Below are positions 6,603-15,463 of a stretch of 64,000 nucleotides of DNA, piece after piece; position 1 is the stretch's first letter, and each line of letters starts with the position of its first letter. The stretch comes from a virus. Location of the stretch: IMG/VR virus record IMGVR_UViG_3300045988_092438. The stretch is one strand, 5' to 3'. The position numbers were made by a program, and so were the translations under genes. The notes under the pieces were generated by a model. That model made no database searches and had not been told where the DNA came from. It was given only the letters and a program-made list of their open reading frames with translations.

Positions 6603-7342
6603 ACCTCACATATACAGTGTTTTATGGACCACTTACCACACTCACAAAATACCTCACAGAATTTTAACACCTCACTTTCTCACCTTTCTCTCACAACACC
6701 TCACACATACAGGGGTATGGGGTTATTTTATACACATACCTTACCAAAATCTCGCCCAGTTCTAAGATACTAGGTGCAGTCTCGGCAGTCCACAGACCAT
6801 TTAAGGGTGGGGTGGACATATAAATTTTGGAAAATCAGTGTGTTTTCTCATAAAATCTTCACCAATTTTCAAACCATGTTGTTTTCTTCAATAATTTCTT
6901 GTGTTATGAATGAAATCATAAAATTTTTATTCAAAAGAATTTATATTTATACATTGTGTGTATAGTATTGTATATCACTTGTGTTATGTGTTGTGTATAC
7001 TATATGTAGTGTGTATCATGTGTATATAGTGTATGTATATACTATATGTAGTGTATGGGTGTACAATAAAATAAATGAATAATTATTACTTATTTACAGT
7101 GATTATACATATAATATACATAGAACTATTAAAAGACCACATATAGTATATTCAAATATATCACCAATTTTTATGCGGATATAGAGATATACTACCTACC
7201 ATATATTTCTTTATATATGTCTTTATTATAGCCTTCCACCCTCACCTCTTCTCACATCACAAATTTTTCTCACAGAATATTTTCATTTCAGTGACTTTCC
7301 AGAACCTCACTCACCTCTTTTAGTGTTTTTATATAACCTCAC
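6603..7342. repeat. dispersed ACCTCAC / TTCTCAC motif copies in a 1.1-kb non-coding region
   Basis: Exact ACCTCAC at 6603, 6651, 6669, 6698, 7304 and 7336, plus several CCCTCAC/TTCTCAC variants. Confidence 0.6.
6996..7054. repeat. 17-nt direct repeat tatactatatgtagtgt (x2) inside a TG/TA-rich low-complexity stretch
   Basis: Copies at 6996-7012 and 7038-7054. Confidence 0.7.
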
Positions 7343-7444
7343 AAAAAAATCACTAAATACTCTTTCGGGCTTTTCTCACTTACAACACACCAACACCTTT
7401 TAATCACCTTCTGGCACACCCTCGCTACACACTGGCACATAACC

Positions 7445-7476
7445 AAAAAAGAAGAGGAGCATATCTCAGCTCCTCT
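7445..7476 (-). terminator. rho-independent terminator
   Basis: AGAGGAGC/GCTCCTCT stem followed by TCTTTTTTGG on the minus strand, just after the stop at 7495. Confidence 0.7.
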
Positions 7477-7494
7477 CCTATCATGTACAAACTC

Positions 7495-7890
7495 TTAATA
7501 CTCTATGTGCCTTTCCTCACATTCATCACTTGCGTCCTGCAACTTCTCAATCACATCTGTGAACATTCCAATCGGGAAGTGAACTGTCTTACCTTTTAAA
7601 TATCCAGTGTAGGCTTCTGACTCTCTGTACATAGTCATAAAACAACAAGCAGGTGCTTCATCATCATCCCACCGCTTTACACTGACTTCAATGTAATCTT
7701 TCACAACCTTTGTTGGGTCTTTAAAAGAAGGATATTCACGCACCAGAAATCTCACTGGTGGAAACATAGGATTGTAACCGTCTGGTGGGAGTTTGTTAGG
7801 TTTCTTCTCCCTCTTTTTAGGTTCTTCTGGTGTCTGCTGTACTTCTACAGACTTCTTGAGTTCCTTCCTCTTGATTGGTTTCAGTTTCAT
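7495..7890 (-). CDS. hypothetical protein
   Basis: AGGAG RBS before ATG 7890 (MKLKPIKRKE...). Confidence 0.55.
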   Translation of the reverse strand: MKLKPIKRKELKKSVEVQQTPEEPKKREKKPNKLPPDGYNPMFPPVRFLVREYPSFKDPTKVVKDYIEVSVKRWDDDEAPACCFMTMYRESEAYTGYLKGKTVHFPIGMFTDVIEKLQDASDECEERHIEY

Positions 7891-8002
7891 GCTAAAACAC
7901 ACTCCTTTCTTCACATTCACACTTATTGTTAGTTAGAGCTTAAACCACTCTATAGAACACTGGACACTTGTGGTGTCCAATGCTCAAACAATGGTTTAAT
8001 GT

Positions 8003-8185
8003 TTAGATACCGAGAATACTATTCATAGTGTTAACCAGAAACATCTTTCTGGCAAGCTCTTTAGCAGTCATACCTTCCTTATGAGCTTCTTCATCAATAG
8101 TCTTCTTGATACTGTCCTTACCAGAGTCATTGATATGTAACATGGTGTTGATACTCTTTAAAGCGTCCTGCATTTCATCAGTCAT
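8003..8185 (-). CDS. hypothetical small protein
   Basis: The track start is TTG and the first ATG is at 8185. No strong RBS. Confidence 0.4.
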   Translation of the reverse strand: MTDEMQDALKSINTMLHINDSGKDSIKKTIDEEAHKEGMTAKELARKMFLVNTMNSILGI

Positions 8186-8191
8186 GTACAA

Positions 8192-8470
8192 TCACTGAAC
8201 CTGTGCATAAGGACTACTGTTTGCCAGTTTAAATGCAAAGGACTCTGCACTGCTTCTTTCTCCAAGCGTTTTCTTTGCTTCGATAATCAGCTTTCTTGCT
8301 TCAACCAGTTTCTTCAATGCTTCTGCCGGAATAACACTGTCTGGAATTTCCTCACAGGTCAGTGGAGGATTGTCATAATCGAACTTCTCCTCCTCACTGG
8401 TTAAATCAGTCGGGGAAATTCCTAACATTCTTTTCAGTTCCTCTGGCATTTCATCAAACATTCTTGACAT
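8192..8470 (-). CDS. hypothetical acidic protein
   Basis: GGAGAG RBS, 92 aa. Confidence 0.55.
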   Translation of the reverse strand: MSRMFDEMPEELKRMLGISPTDLTSEEEKFDYDNPPLTCEEIPDSVIPAEALKKLVEARKLIIEAKKTLGERSSAESFAFKLANSSPYAQVQ

Positions 8471-8609
8471 AATAACACTCTCCTTTTCTTTTCACTCTTA
8501 TGTGTGTTTAGTTACTGAGCCTGTAATGGACTCACTCTCACCGACAAGTATTTCTCTTGTCGGCAAGGTCAGCTCACTACCTAAGTGTGTTTTGGGAGTG
8601 TGTTATTTA

Positions 8610-8840
8610 TTAGTAAGGAGTCTTATGTGTTGCCACACAAGTTCCTGTACTATCATAGACATTAGTGATAAGTTCATCACCTTCTCTGTAGCTTCTTATC
8701 TTGAAAGCTGTCTCAATCTCACCTGCATTTCTCTGAGTGATTTCAACAGTCATGCTACCATCATGTCTTGCAGGTCCACCTGCAAGTGGAGTTCTTCTCC
8801 CTTCAACATCAGCACTTAAATAAAATGGTCTTACTGCCAT
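8610..8840 (-). CDS. hypothetical protein
   Basis: GGAGAC RBS, 76 aa. Confidence 0.5.
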   Translation of the reverse strand: MAVRPFYLSADVEGRRTPLAGGPARHDGSMTVEITQRNAGEIETAFKIRSYREGDELITNVYDSTGTCVATHKTPY

Positions 8841-8946
8841 AGCTTTTGTCTCCTTTCACTAAACACTGCTCACATTCTGTGTGAAGAGTACCTTTAGTAC
8901 TCATTACTGCACACCACTCTGTATAGTGATGTACAGTGTATCAATA

Positions 8947-9387
8947 CTAAGGTATTGCCTGTAAGTATTGGTCATACAACTGAATACCAATCTCATTATG
9001 AATATCAAAGTCCTCACGCATGAGTCTTCTTATACACATTGAGATTGTTTTCAGTGTGTTCCATTTCATGTCCTGTATCATTTCTAATGTCTGGACATAT
9101 GTTTCCGGGGTCATTTCAAGTCTTCTACGTTTAGTGTCCTGCTCGTCTTTGTCTAACTGGCAGTACTCTTTCACCCTGTAATCAAGTCTGGCATTGAGAT
9201 ATGTCTCCTTGTCTACATAGGCTATAGCATACACACTAAATCCATTGGACTTATACTGTGCAAGCTCTAAAAGTCTGTAAGCCTTTCTTCTCAGAATTTC
9301 ATCAGTGTCTTTCTCCGGCAGGTAGAATAATGTCTCTTCTCTGCCCTCATTGTCTACTAAACGATAAATCATGTAATTTCCTTTCAT
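8947..9387 (-). CDS. hypothetical protein
   Basis: GGAG RBS, 146 aa. Confidence 0.55.
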   Translation of the reverse strand: MKGNYMIYRLVDNEGREETLFYLPEKDTDEILRRKAYRLLELAQYKSNGFSVYAIAYVDKETYLNARLDYRVKEYCQLDKDEQDTKRRRLEMTPETYVQTLEMIQDMKWNTLKTISMCIRRLMREDFDIHNEIGIQLYDQYLQAIP

Positions 9388-9505
9388 AGTTACACACTCC
9401 TTTACACTTTTACTTCACACACTTATTAGAGAACTTTTCAGCACTCATTCTTACACACCACCCCTTTCGGGGTGATATGCAAGGTCAGTGTTGAAACACT
9501 GAATG

Positions 9506-10276
9506 TTATTCCACAGCGTCAGTCAGTCTGTACAGTTCAAATTCCATGTTGCTTGTGTAGCGGAATCCATCTTCTGTGATAGTCATATCCTTCGGCTGAA
9601 TGATGTATGGCATATCAGTGTAGCTTGAGATACCTACAGCGAGTTTGTCCTCGTCTGACAGGTAGATACAAGACACTAAATCCAAGTCATTCGGGAAGTT
9701 TTTAGGCTTTTTCACTGTCTCAATAGTTCCCACATAGTCGAACTGTCTCAGAAGTCTCTCAGTCCAGTAGATTGCGAAGTAAATTTCCTCTTCATTCTCA
9801 AGGGCTTTTCTGAGGTCTGCAAAGGTCTTAATATCCTGTGCTTTAGTGAGTGTACCAATCTCAGTAGTGATAGTTTCTTCAAACATACCTGCTAAATCGA
9901 AGTTAGTACCCTTCTGCTCTGACTTCTGCACCGCTGACTTCTTTTCGGACTTTTTGGCTACAGGCTTCTTAGCCGGAGCTTTTTTCTCTTCCTTCGGAGC
10001 TGTCTCTTCTGTCTTAGGCTCTTCCTTCTTAGAAGACTTTTTGAGGGTCTTTTTAGTAGAATTTGCCGGAGCAGGTTTGGACTCTTCCTCTGGTAACAGA
10101 GCTTCAACCTCTTTCACTAAAGGTCTGAGGTCTGACAGCTTTACACTGTCATGGTCTTTCTTCCAAGCGTTAGCAGTATAAGTGATTCTTTCCTGCAAGT
10201 TCTTGTCAGTCACCCCATTGAAATGCTCGTCTAAAAACTGTACCATCTGTTCCTTGTTCATTTTTGCTGTTGTCAT
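9506..10276 (-). CDS. hypothetical protein with a central Lys/Glu/Pro-rich linker
   Basis: AGGAG RBS, 256 aa. Confidence 0.6.
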   Translation of the reverse strand: MTTAKMNKEQMVQFLDEHFNGVTDKNLQERITYTANAWKKDHDSVKLSDLRPLVKEVEALLPEEESKPAPANSTKKTLKKSSKKEEPKTEETAPKEEKKAPAKKPVAKKSEKKSAVQKSEQKGTNFDLAGMFEETITTEIGTLTKAQDIKTFADLRKALENEEEIYFAIYWTERLLRQFDYVGTIETVKKPKNFPNDLDLVSCIYLSDEDKLAVGISSYTDMPYIIQPKDMTITEDGFRYTSNMEFELYRLTDAVE

Positions 10277-10362
10277 AATAACACTCTCCTTTTCTTATTT
10301 TAATGTAATGTGTTTTGGATAAGCCTATCCACTCACTACACTTTTCAGTGTAGAGAGCCATC

Positions 10363-10575
10363 TTAGTTGAGAATGAGGAAGTAATCTTCCACAGGGTACT
10401 CATGGCACACATATTCTTTTTCCGGCTTTAAAAGCTCAAGTTCCTCGTCAGTGTAGTCTTTTATCACATAGAACTTATCACCTCTGTGGTTCTTGCATAC
10501 TCTCATATCACCTGTGAATACGCTTTCCTGTGTCATGGTCTTCTTATTCATTACCACTACTGTCATTTCTCTCAT
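10363..10575 (-). CDS. hypothetical small protein
   Basis: AGGAGG sits 8 nt before ATG 10575 (MREMTVVVMNKK...). The track N-terminal extension lacks an RBS. Confidence 0.5.
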   Translation of the reverse strand: MREMTVVVMNKKTMTQESVFTGDMRVCKNHRGDKFYVIKDYTDEELELLKPEKEYVCHEYPVEDYFLILN

Positions 10576-10811
10576 GTTATGCTCCTCCTTAAAATATAGT
10601 GAGTGCATAGGCTTATGCAAGTGCCGGACACTAAATAAGCTGTCTGGCACTCACACCTACAATAAGAGTGTGAGTTTGTGTTTTCACTTTCTCTACCAGT
10701 ATACTATTGACAACTTTTGAGGTCGCATAATGCGTAACTCTCTCCGGCTGTCTCAAGTACTTAATAAAGCACTTATTCAATTATCAATGTGCAATGCTAT
10801 GACTTTGCTCC

Positions 10812-10874
10812 GTTTCTGTCACTCGGCAACTTGTCACGTTATCTGGTTACTCACTCAAGCGTTTCTGTCACTCG
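10812..10874. repeat. 14-nt direct repeat gtttctgtcactcg (x2)
   Basis: Copies at 10812-10825 and 10861-10874. Confidence 0.65.
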
Positions 10875-10966
10875 CTCTTGAGCTTGTCTATACTTTATCA
10901 CAGGTAAAGTCACTTGTCAATACTTTTTTATGACTTTTCATAAATTTCTTTTTGACGCTGTATTTT

Positions 10967-11187
10967 GCGTTTCTAGGGGCTTTTTGTGTCTAGGGTACAA
11001 ATTAGTGCATAAAGGCATAAAATCGCTCTGAGGGGCATTTAAAGCGTTTCTAGGGCTATTCTAGGGGCTTGCGTTGTCTCTTGTCTGAGGTGTACAGGGC
11101 TTTTCAACGCTGTACAGGGCTTTTCTAGGGGTTTTCAGTGTGTCGTGTAATATTGCACAAAAGGCTTGATTTTAGGGGCTTTTTGGC
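10967..11187. repeat. cluster of G-rich iteron-like repeats (TCTAGGGGCTTTT / GTACAGGGCTTTTC)
   Basis: TAGGGG(C) at 10974, 11062, 11126 and 11173. tacagggcttttc at 11093 and 11112. GCGTTTCT at 10967 and 11044. Confidence 0.65.
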
Positions 11188-11430
11188 GTGTTTTCGGACG
11201 TTCTGGGAGGGTGTTTTTGAGGGAATCAAAACACTCTGAAAAAAGATTATGCAAGTTGCACAAAGATTTTTATGACTTTATGCAATATGTACAGAAAAGC
11301 TGATTTTACTTGTGCATATTGCTATTTTATGATTTTATGACTATTTTCTAACACAAAACACTTGACAAGTGATTAAAAGTGTGATATTTAAAGAGCTTTC
11401 CAGTGTTATACACACTTTCCTATATAGACA

Positions 11431-11467
11431 ATAAAAAGAACACTCCCACATTACTAAGAGTGTTCTT
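11431..11467 (-). terminator. rho-independent terminator
   Basis: 10-bp stem AAGAACACTC/GAGTGTTCTT followed by TTTATTG, after the stop at 11508. Confidence 0.7.
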
Positions 11468-11507
11468 TATCACGTTCATTGGCTTATCCTTACACATTAC
11501 ATGAGTG

Positions 11508-12158
11508 TTATTTCTTTCCGAGTTTCTTAATCTTCTTGAGCTTCACACCACTACTCACTGGCTTCTGTGTTTGTGGTGTTTCCACTACTTCTTCCTCTTC
11601 CTGCACACTTACTGGTTTTGGGAGTTTCTTGTGTCTTTTCATTCCTTTGTTAAAAGGCTTATCTTCTTTAATTGCCCGGTATGCAGAATCTTCTGCTTCT
11701 TCAATCAAAGCACTATAGTAATCACCATACTCATTAAACACTTCATCCTCAAGTGCTTTCTGTATAGGTGACACTCTAGGACACCTTCCCTCTGCTTTCT
11801 TACTTCTCTGTTCTGGTGTGAGTGGTGTTCTTCCTAAGTAGTGTGTTTCATAGTAATCCTCACTTGTTACTCTACACACATAATGGAAATAGTGTTTCCG
11901 TGTCTTGTGATGTTTAATCATTTTCTCCACACACTCAACTGCACTGTCTAAATCACTACCACAATAAACACAGTGGTGTGTGATATTGTCCATTACTCTG
12001 TACCACTCTACTGTCTCTTCATCATCTGGGTCATAACCTCCAATATAACTCACATCACCAGTGACTTTATTTACAAAGGTTGGTGCTTTCTTTCTGTACT
12101 GTCCTTTCACTATATAGAAAAGACCTCTTAAACTTTCTTCGGGTGTTATATGTGCCAT
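11508..12158 (-). CDS. hypothetical protein (His/Cys-rich centre, basic tail)
   Basis: GGAGAA RBS 8 nt before ATG 12158 (MAHITPEE...). The gene sits isolated between two large non-coding regions. Confidence 0.6.
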   Translation of the reverse strand: MAHITPEESLRGLFYIVKGQYRKKAPTFVNKVTGDVSYIGGYDPDDEETVEWYRVMDNITHHCVYCGSDLDSAVECVEKMIKHHKTRKHYFHYVCRVTSEDYYETHYLGRTPLTPEQRSKKAEGRCPRVSPIQKALEDEVFNEYGDYYSALIEEAEDSAYRAIKEDKPFNKGMKRHKKLPKPVSVQEEEEVVETPQTQKPVSSGVKLKKIKKLGKK

Positions 12159-12249
12159 ACTATGTTCTCCTCTCTGTTTCATGTGTTTTCTATGTCATTC
12201 ACTAAACACAGTATAGCACACTATCACTCTCACCACAATCACTGTCACA

Positions 12250-12378
12250 TCACTTGGATTTCCGGGTGTTTGGTGTTTGTGGTTTAAAAGGTGTTCCACA
12301 CTTAGGACACTCAGTAACACCTTTCATAGTGATTTTAGTCACCTTACCACACTTACTGCAAGTTCTTGTTTTATTCAT
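12250..12378 (-). CDS. 42-aa zinc-ribbon peptide (CxxC-13-CxxC), absent from the ORF track
   Basis: MNKTRTCSKCGKVTKITMKGVTECPKCGTPFKPQTPNTRKSK. GGAGAG lies 6 nt upstream of ATG 12378. Confidence 0.5.
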   Translation of the reverse strand: MNKTRTCSKCGKVTKITMKGVTECPKCGTPFKPQTPNTRKSK

Positions 12379-12394
12379 GTTTGTCTCTCCTTCT

Positions 12395-12610
12395 CTCTAT
12401 ATAGAGTAATAGTAATAGAATAATCCTTCCCTCCCTCTCTATATAGAGAAGGGAGTAATACTTCCTCTTGTCTATATAGGGGAAATTGGTATCAACCACC
12501 TGTCCAATCACACACTCTAAATCACCTGTAACACTTGAAAAATCAAGTGTTTGAGTGTTCTTAGGTAGTCCTCAAACCTAAGTGTTGTTACCATTCCCTC
12601 TATATAGAGG
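12395..12610. repeat. four copies of the palindrome (C)TCTATATAGAG(G)
   Basis: 12395-12406, 12437-12448, 12471-12481 (tctataTAGGG variant) and 12597-12610 (perfect 14-bp CCTCTATATAGAGG). Confidence 0.7.
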
Positions 12611-12770
12611 AAGAGGAAAGCCGGAAGTGATTTTCTATAAGAATATTGTAACATATAACACTAAAGACAACAACTATAACACCTTTAAAACACGTCTTTT
12701 ACCAGTCATCACATCACCTTCGACCACACCTAAACACTGATTTTACCGCCTTTGCGGAGGAAACCTGCCG

Positions 12771-12824
12771 AGGTGCAGATAGGAAAGGTATTTTAGGTGC
12801 AGATAGGAAAGGCACTATAGTGCC
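12771..12824. repeat. 18-nt tandem-type direct repeat AGGTGCAGATAGGAAAGG (x2, period 24) followed by the 14-bp palindrome GGCACTATAGTGCC
   Basis: Copies at 12771-12788 and 12795-12812. Palindrome at 12811-12824. Confidence 0.7.
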
Positions 12825-12987
12825 ACTATATTGTGACTTTAAAGACAGTCTCTTACTACTATCTATTACTATATCTATATGGTCTATATAGTCTCTTTAC
12901 TGTTTCACTTTAGCGTCCGGCTTTTTCTCTATAGTTATTTCTTACCCGGATTATTTGGTAAAGGTTTCCTTTACTGCGGAATTTCTT

Positions 12988-13170
12988 TTACATGAGTAAC
13001 ATCATTCCTACTCTCATTAAAACACTTACTACTATTACTCCTATAGTTACTCCTATTACTATCTTCACTACTCTCCGCAACTTTCTATGCTTACTTTTCA
13101 TTTCCGCACGTTTCTCATTATACTTGCGTATAAATTCCATCTGTTCTTCATCATCACTTCTATAACACAT
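12988..13170 (-). CDS. small membrane protein
   Basis: C-terminal TM helix, GGAGAC RBS. Confidence 0.5.
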   Translation of the reverse strand: MCYRSDDEEQMEFIRKYNEKRAEMKSKHRKLRRVVKIVIGVTIGVIVVSVLMRVGMMLLM

Positions 13171-13171
13171 A

Positions 13172-13471
13172 TCATGGTCTCCTTGTCAATGTTGCTTTTC
13201 TTACTTTGAGTCCTAAAAGAAAATTAAGTACATCTTCTAATTCATCTACATACACTTCTTCTCCAAAATCAAGACCCACAGCTTTCTTATCCGTAACTTC
13301 ATTCACAGTATAAACACGAATGTCTTCACCCATACCCATATTGTGTGCTTGAGCAAGAACACTATTTCTCCGACTAACTGTTGTGGTAATGATAGGTGTT
13401 CCTGTGAAATAAGCGTCCATAATTAAAGAAGTTGTCTTACCTTTACCTCTGTTATCTACATCAATCTGCAT
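13172..13471 (-). CDS. hypothetical protein with a P-loop-like GKGKT motif
   Basis: NRGKGKTTSL motif, GGAGGAAG RBS. Confidence 0.5.
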   Translation of the reverse strand: MQIDVDNRGKGKTTSLIMDAYFTGTPIITTTVSRRNSVLAQAHNMGMGEDIRVYTVNEVTDKKAVGLDFGEEVYVDELEDVLNFLLGLKVRKATLTRRP

Positions 13472-13491
13472 AACTTATACTTCCTCCTCTT

Positions 13492-13989
13492 TTAAAGTCC
13501 TGTCTGTACTGAAAAGAATGTTAGACTTCTGTTAGTATTCATATTCTTACCTGTTCCTATCACTCTTACGTCACTATCAAACGTGGATTTACCTCCGACA
13601 TTAGAAATAACTACTTCTCCTTCAAAGTCTTTAATGACTGTATAACAATGTTCACTATATCCTCCATCTTCTTTTAAATTAAAGAAAGTAGGGTTAAATT
13701 TCTTTGCGTCCTCTACTGTCATAACACAAACAAGTCCTGCGTCAGCACAAAACTTTCCAAGTTTCTTACCTTTAGACTTTACACCTGCATAAACAGTACA
13801 AGACCAATCACCATAGATAGTATCTGAAACAATAGCATTAACTCCAAACACTTCTGGGAATACTGATTCATTTCCTAAAGTCTCATTTCTGTTTAAGCTA
13901 AACCATTTGTTAATAAATTTCTTGTCATAATCATCACCCTCAAGAATATAACAAGGGTCTGTGATTACAATATCTCCTTTAAATTTCAT
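13492..13989 (-). CDS. hypothetical protein (possibly DUF4241-like)
   Basis: 165-aa ORF with an RBS. The family guess is weak. Confidence 0.5.
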   Translation of the reverse strand: MKFKGDIVITDPCYILEGDDYDKKFINKWFSLNRNETLGNESVFPEVFGVNAIVSDTIYGDWSCTVYAGVKSKGKKLGKFCADAGLVCVMTVEDAKKFNPTFFNLKEDGGYSEHCYTVIKDFEGEVVISNVGGKSTFDSDVRVIGTGKNMNTNRSLTFFSVQTGL

Positions 13990-13992
13990 TTC

Positions 13993-14244
13993 TTACCTCC
14001 GATTTGAATATAAATTGTATATGTTTATGTGTTTGACATGACCTCGGATAAAAGGATTGTCCGTCATGTCACTTATAAACCGAGTGTATGTTTCATTACT
14101 AACATGAGTATAATATATCTCACCCTTTACCAGTGCTTCTGTCAACTGTCTCTTAGTGGTTATTCTGTTAAATACTTCTCTGTCACCACCTTTTAGAGCG
14201 TCTCTTTTCAGTATAATAAACCCATCATTTGTATCTTTGTACAT
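13993..14244 (-). CDS. hypothetical protein
   Basis: 83 aa, GAGGAAG RBS. Confidence 0.5.
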   Translation of the reverse strand: MYKDTNDGFIILKRDALKGGDREVFNRITTKRQLTEALVKGEIYYTHVSNETYTRFISDMTDNPFIRGHVKHINIYNLYSNRR

Positions 14245-14246
14245 AC

Positions 14247-14408
14247 TTAACCTACTTCCTCACATTCAGACGCTTTTACATACTGGAACTCTTTCTTGCC
14301 GGATTTAAACACACTCTGCTTCTCCGCATAAATCAAGAACTGTAATATTGGTCTTGGCTCTACATGATATACTGTGTATATCTTACCCTTATATCTCACT
14401 TTAAACAT
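14247..14408 (-). CDS. 53-aa hypothetical protein, absent from the ORF track
   Basis: MFKVRYKGKIYTVYHVEPRPILQFLIYAEKQ... GAAGGTGAAG lies before ATG 14408. The ORF exactly fills the gap between its neighbours. Confidence 0.45.
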   Translation of the reverse strand: MFKVRYKGKIYTVYHVEPRPILQFLIYAEKQSVFKSGKKEFQYVKASECEEVG

Positions 14409-14649
14409 TGTCTTCACCTTCTTTCCTCATAATATATTCAGTTAAAACTCTTATCTCACACCGCAATCTTTTATTTTCGGCTGTGAGTTTAACAACACCA
14501 TTAACAAGTCTGTCATCAACCTCTTTCATTTTGTGATACTCCTTGTCTTTCATGCAACAAGTAATTTCACGAAATTTATCAATGTCCTTTTCATCTTTAA
14601 TGAATCCACTAGATACTATCTTGTCAGCAAATTCTTCAATGAGAGTCAT
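14401..14649 (-). CDS. hypothetical protein
   Basis: 82 aa, AAGGGG RBS. Confidence 0.5.
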   Translation of the reverse strand: MTLIEEFADKIVSSGFIKDEKDIDKFREITCCMKDKEYHKMKEVDDRLVNGVVKLTAENKRLRCEIRVLTEYIMRKEGEDNV

Positions 14650-14912
14650 TTATTACACCCCTTTCATGTATTTATTACTCTTACATTATAATAGGACGTT
14701 CAACTTTCGTCAAACGTCCTTTCTTCTCAAACCTCGCTGTCAGCAGGTTTATCTACTTTTCATTCCTTACTTCTTTCAGAACTTTTGCTCTCAGTACATC
14801 ACACATTGGTTCACCACTTTCAGCACACTTGATAAGGTCATCTGTAATTCCATACATACATTCATTAGTAAAACCAGTATTATTGTCACAGCTAACAATA
14901 TTACACTTAATA

Positions 14913-15461
14913 TTACTCACAATGAAGTACCACCTTTCCTTCTTTTAAAGACTTCTGTACATCAATCACTCTCTGGTTACTACTTCCTCTCCACTTGAGA
15001 TTAACGTCTCTGAGGTCTTTCTTATATTCACCGTCTACAAGTACATCAATCAAAGGAAGAATCTTTGCAACCCCTTCATCATAAGTACTGTATCTTCCAA
15101 CTCCTGTGTGTGTCCAAGATACACACTCTTCTAACTCTTCAAAAGTATAACCTGTATACACCCAAATTGTCTTGTCGGGAAAATGTTTTTTAATCTGTTC
15201 CATGAGGTTAAAAACAGAATGAATATTAAATACAGCAAGTGGGTCTCCACCACTAAAGGTTATTCCAAAAACATAGTCTTTAGACAGCTCATTAAAAATC
15301 TCCCTCTTTGCTTCTTCATCAAACTCAATCCCACTGTTAGGAGACCAAGTTTCGGGATTCTGACACTCTTCACAATGATGTGGACACCCAGACACCCAAA
15401 GTACTACTCTGATTCCATCACCATTTAACATATCTTCATGGGTAATGTTGTGATAATTCAT
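14913..15461 (-). CDS. nrdG: anaerobic ribonucleotide reductase activating protein (radical SAM)
   Basis: DGIRVVLWVSGCPHHCEECQNPETW motif; size is typical. Confidence 0.8.
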   Translation of the reverse strand: MNYHNITHEDMLNGDGIRVVLWVSGCPHHCEECQNPETWSPNSGIEFDEEAKREIFNELSKDYVFGITFSGGDPLAVFNIHSVFNLMEQIKKHFPDKTIWVYTGYTFEELEECVSWTHTGVGRYSTYDEGVAKILPLIDVLVDGEYKKDLRDVNLKWRGSSNQRVIDVQKSLKEGKVVLHCE

Positions 15462-15463
15462 AC

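Noticed and set aside
6600-7345. A CRISPR array in the repeat-rich intergenic regions (also 10967-11187 and 12395-12610).
   Set aside because: The repeats are short (7-14 nt), degenerate and irregularly spaced. There are no uniform spacers and no cas genes.
10717-10741. A plus-strand promoter TTGACA..CATAAT, and a second TTGACA at 11372.
   Set aside because: The spacing to the best -10 candidate is about 13 nt in the first case. In the second case the -10 element is poor (TATTTA). No plus-strand gene follows either one. This is kept only as a caveat in the region-B finding.
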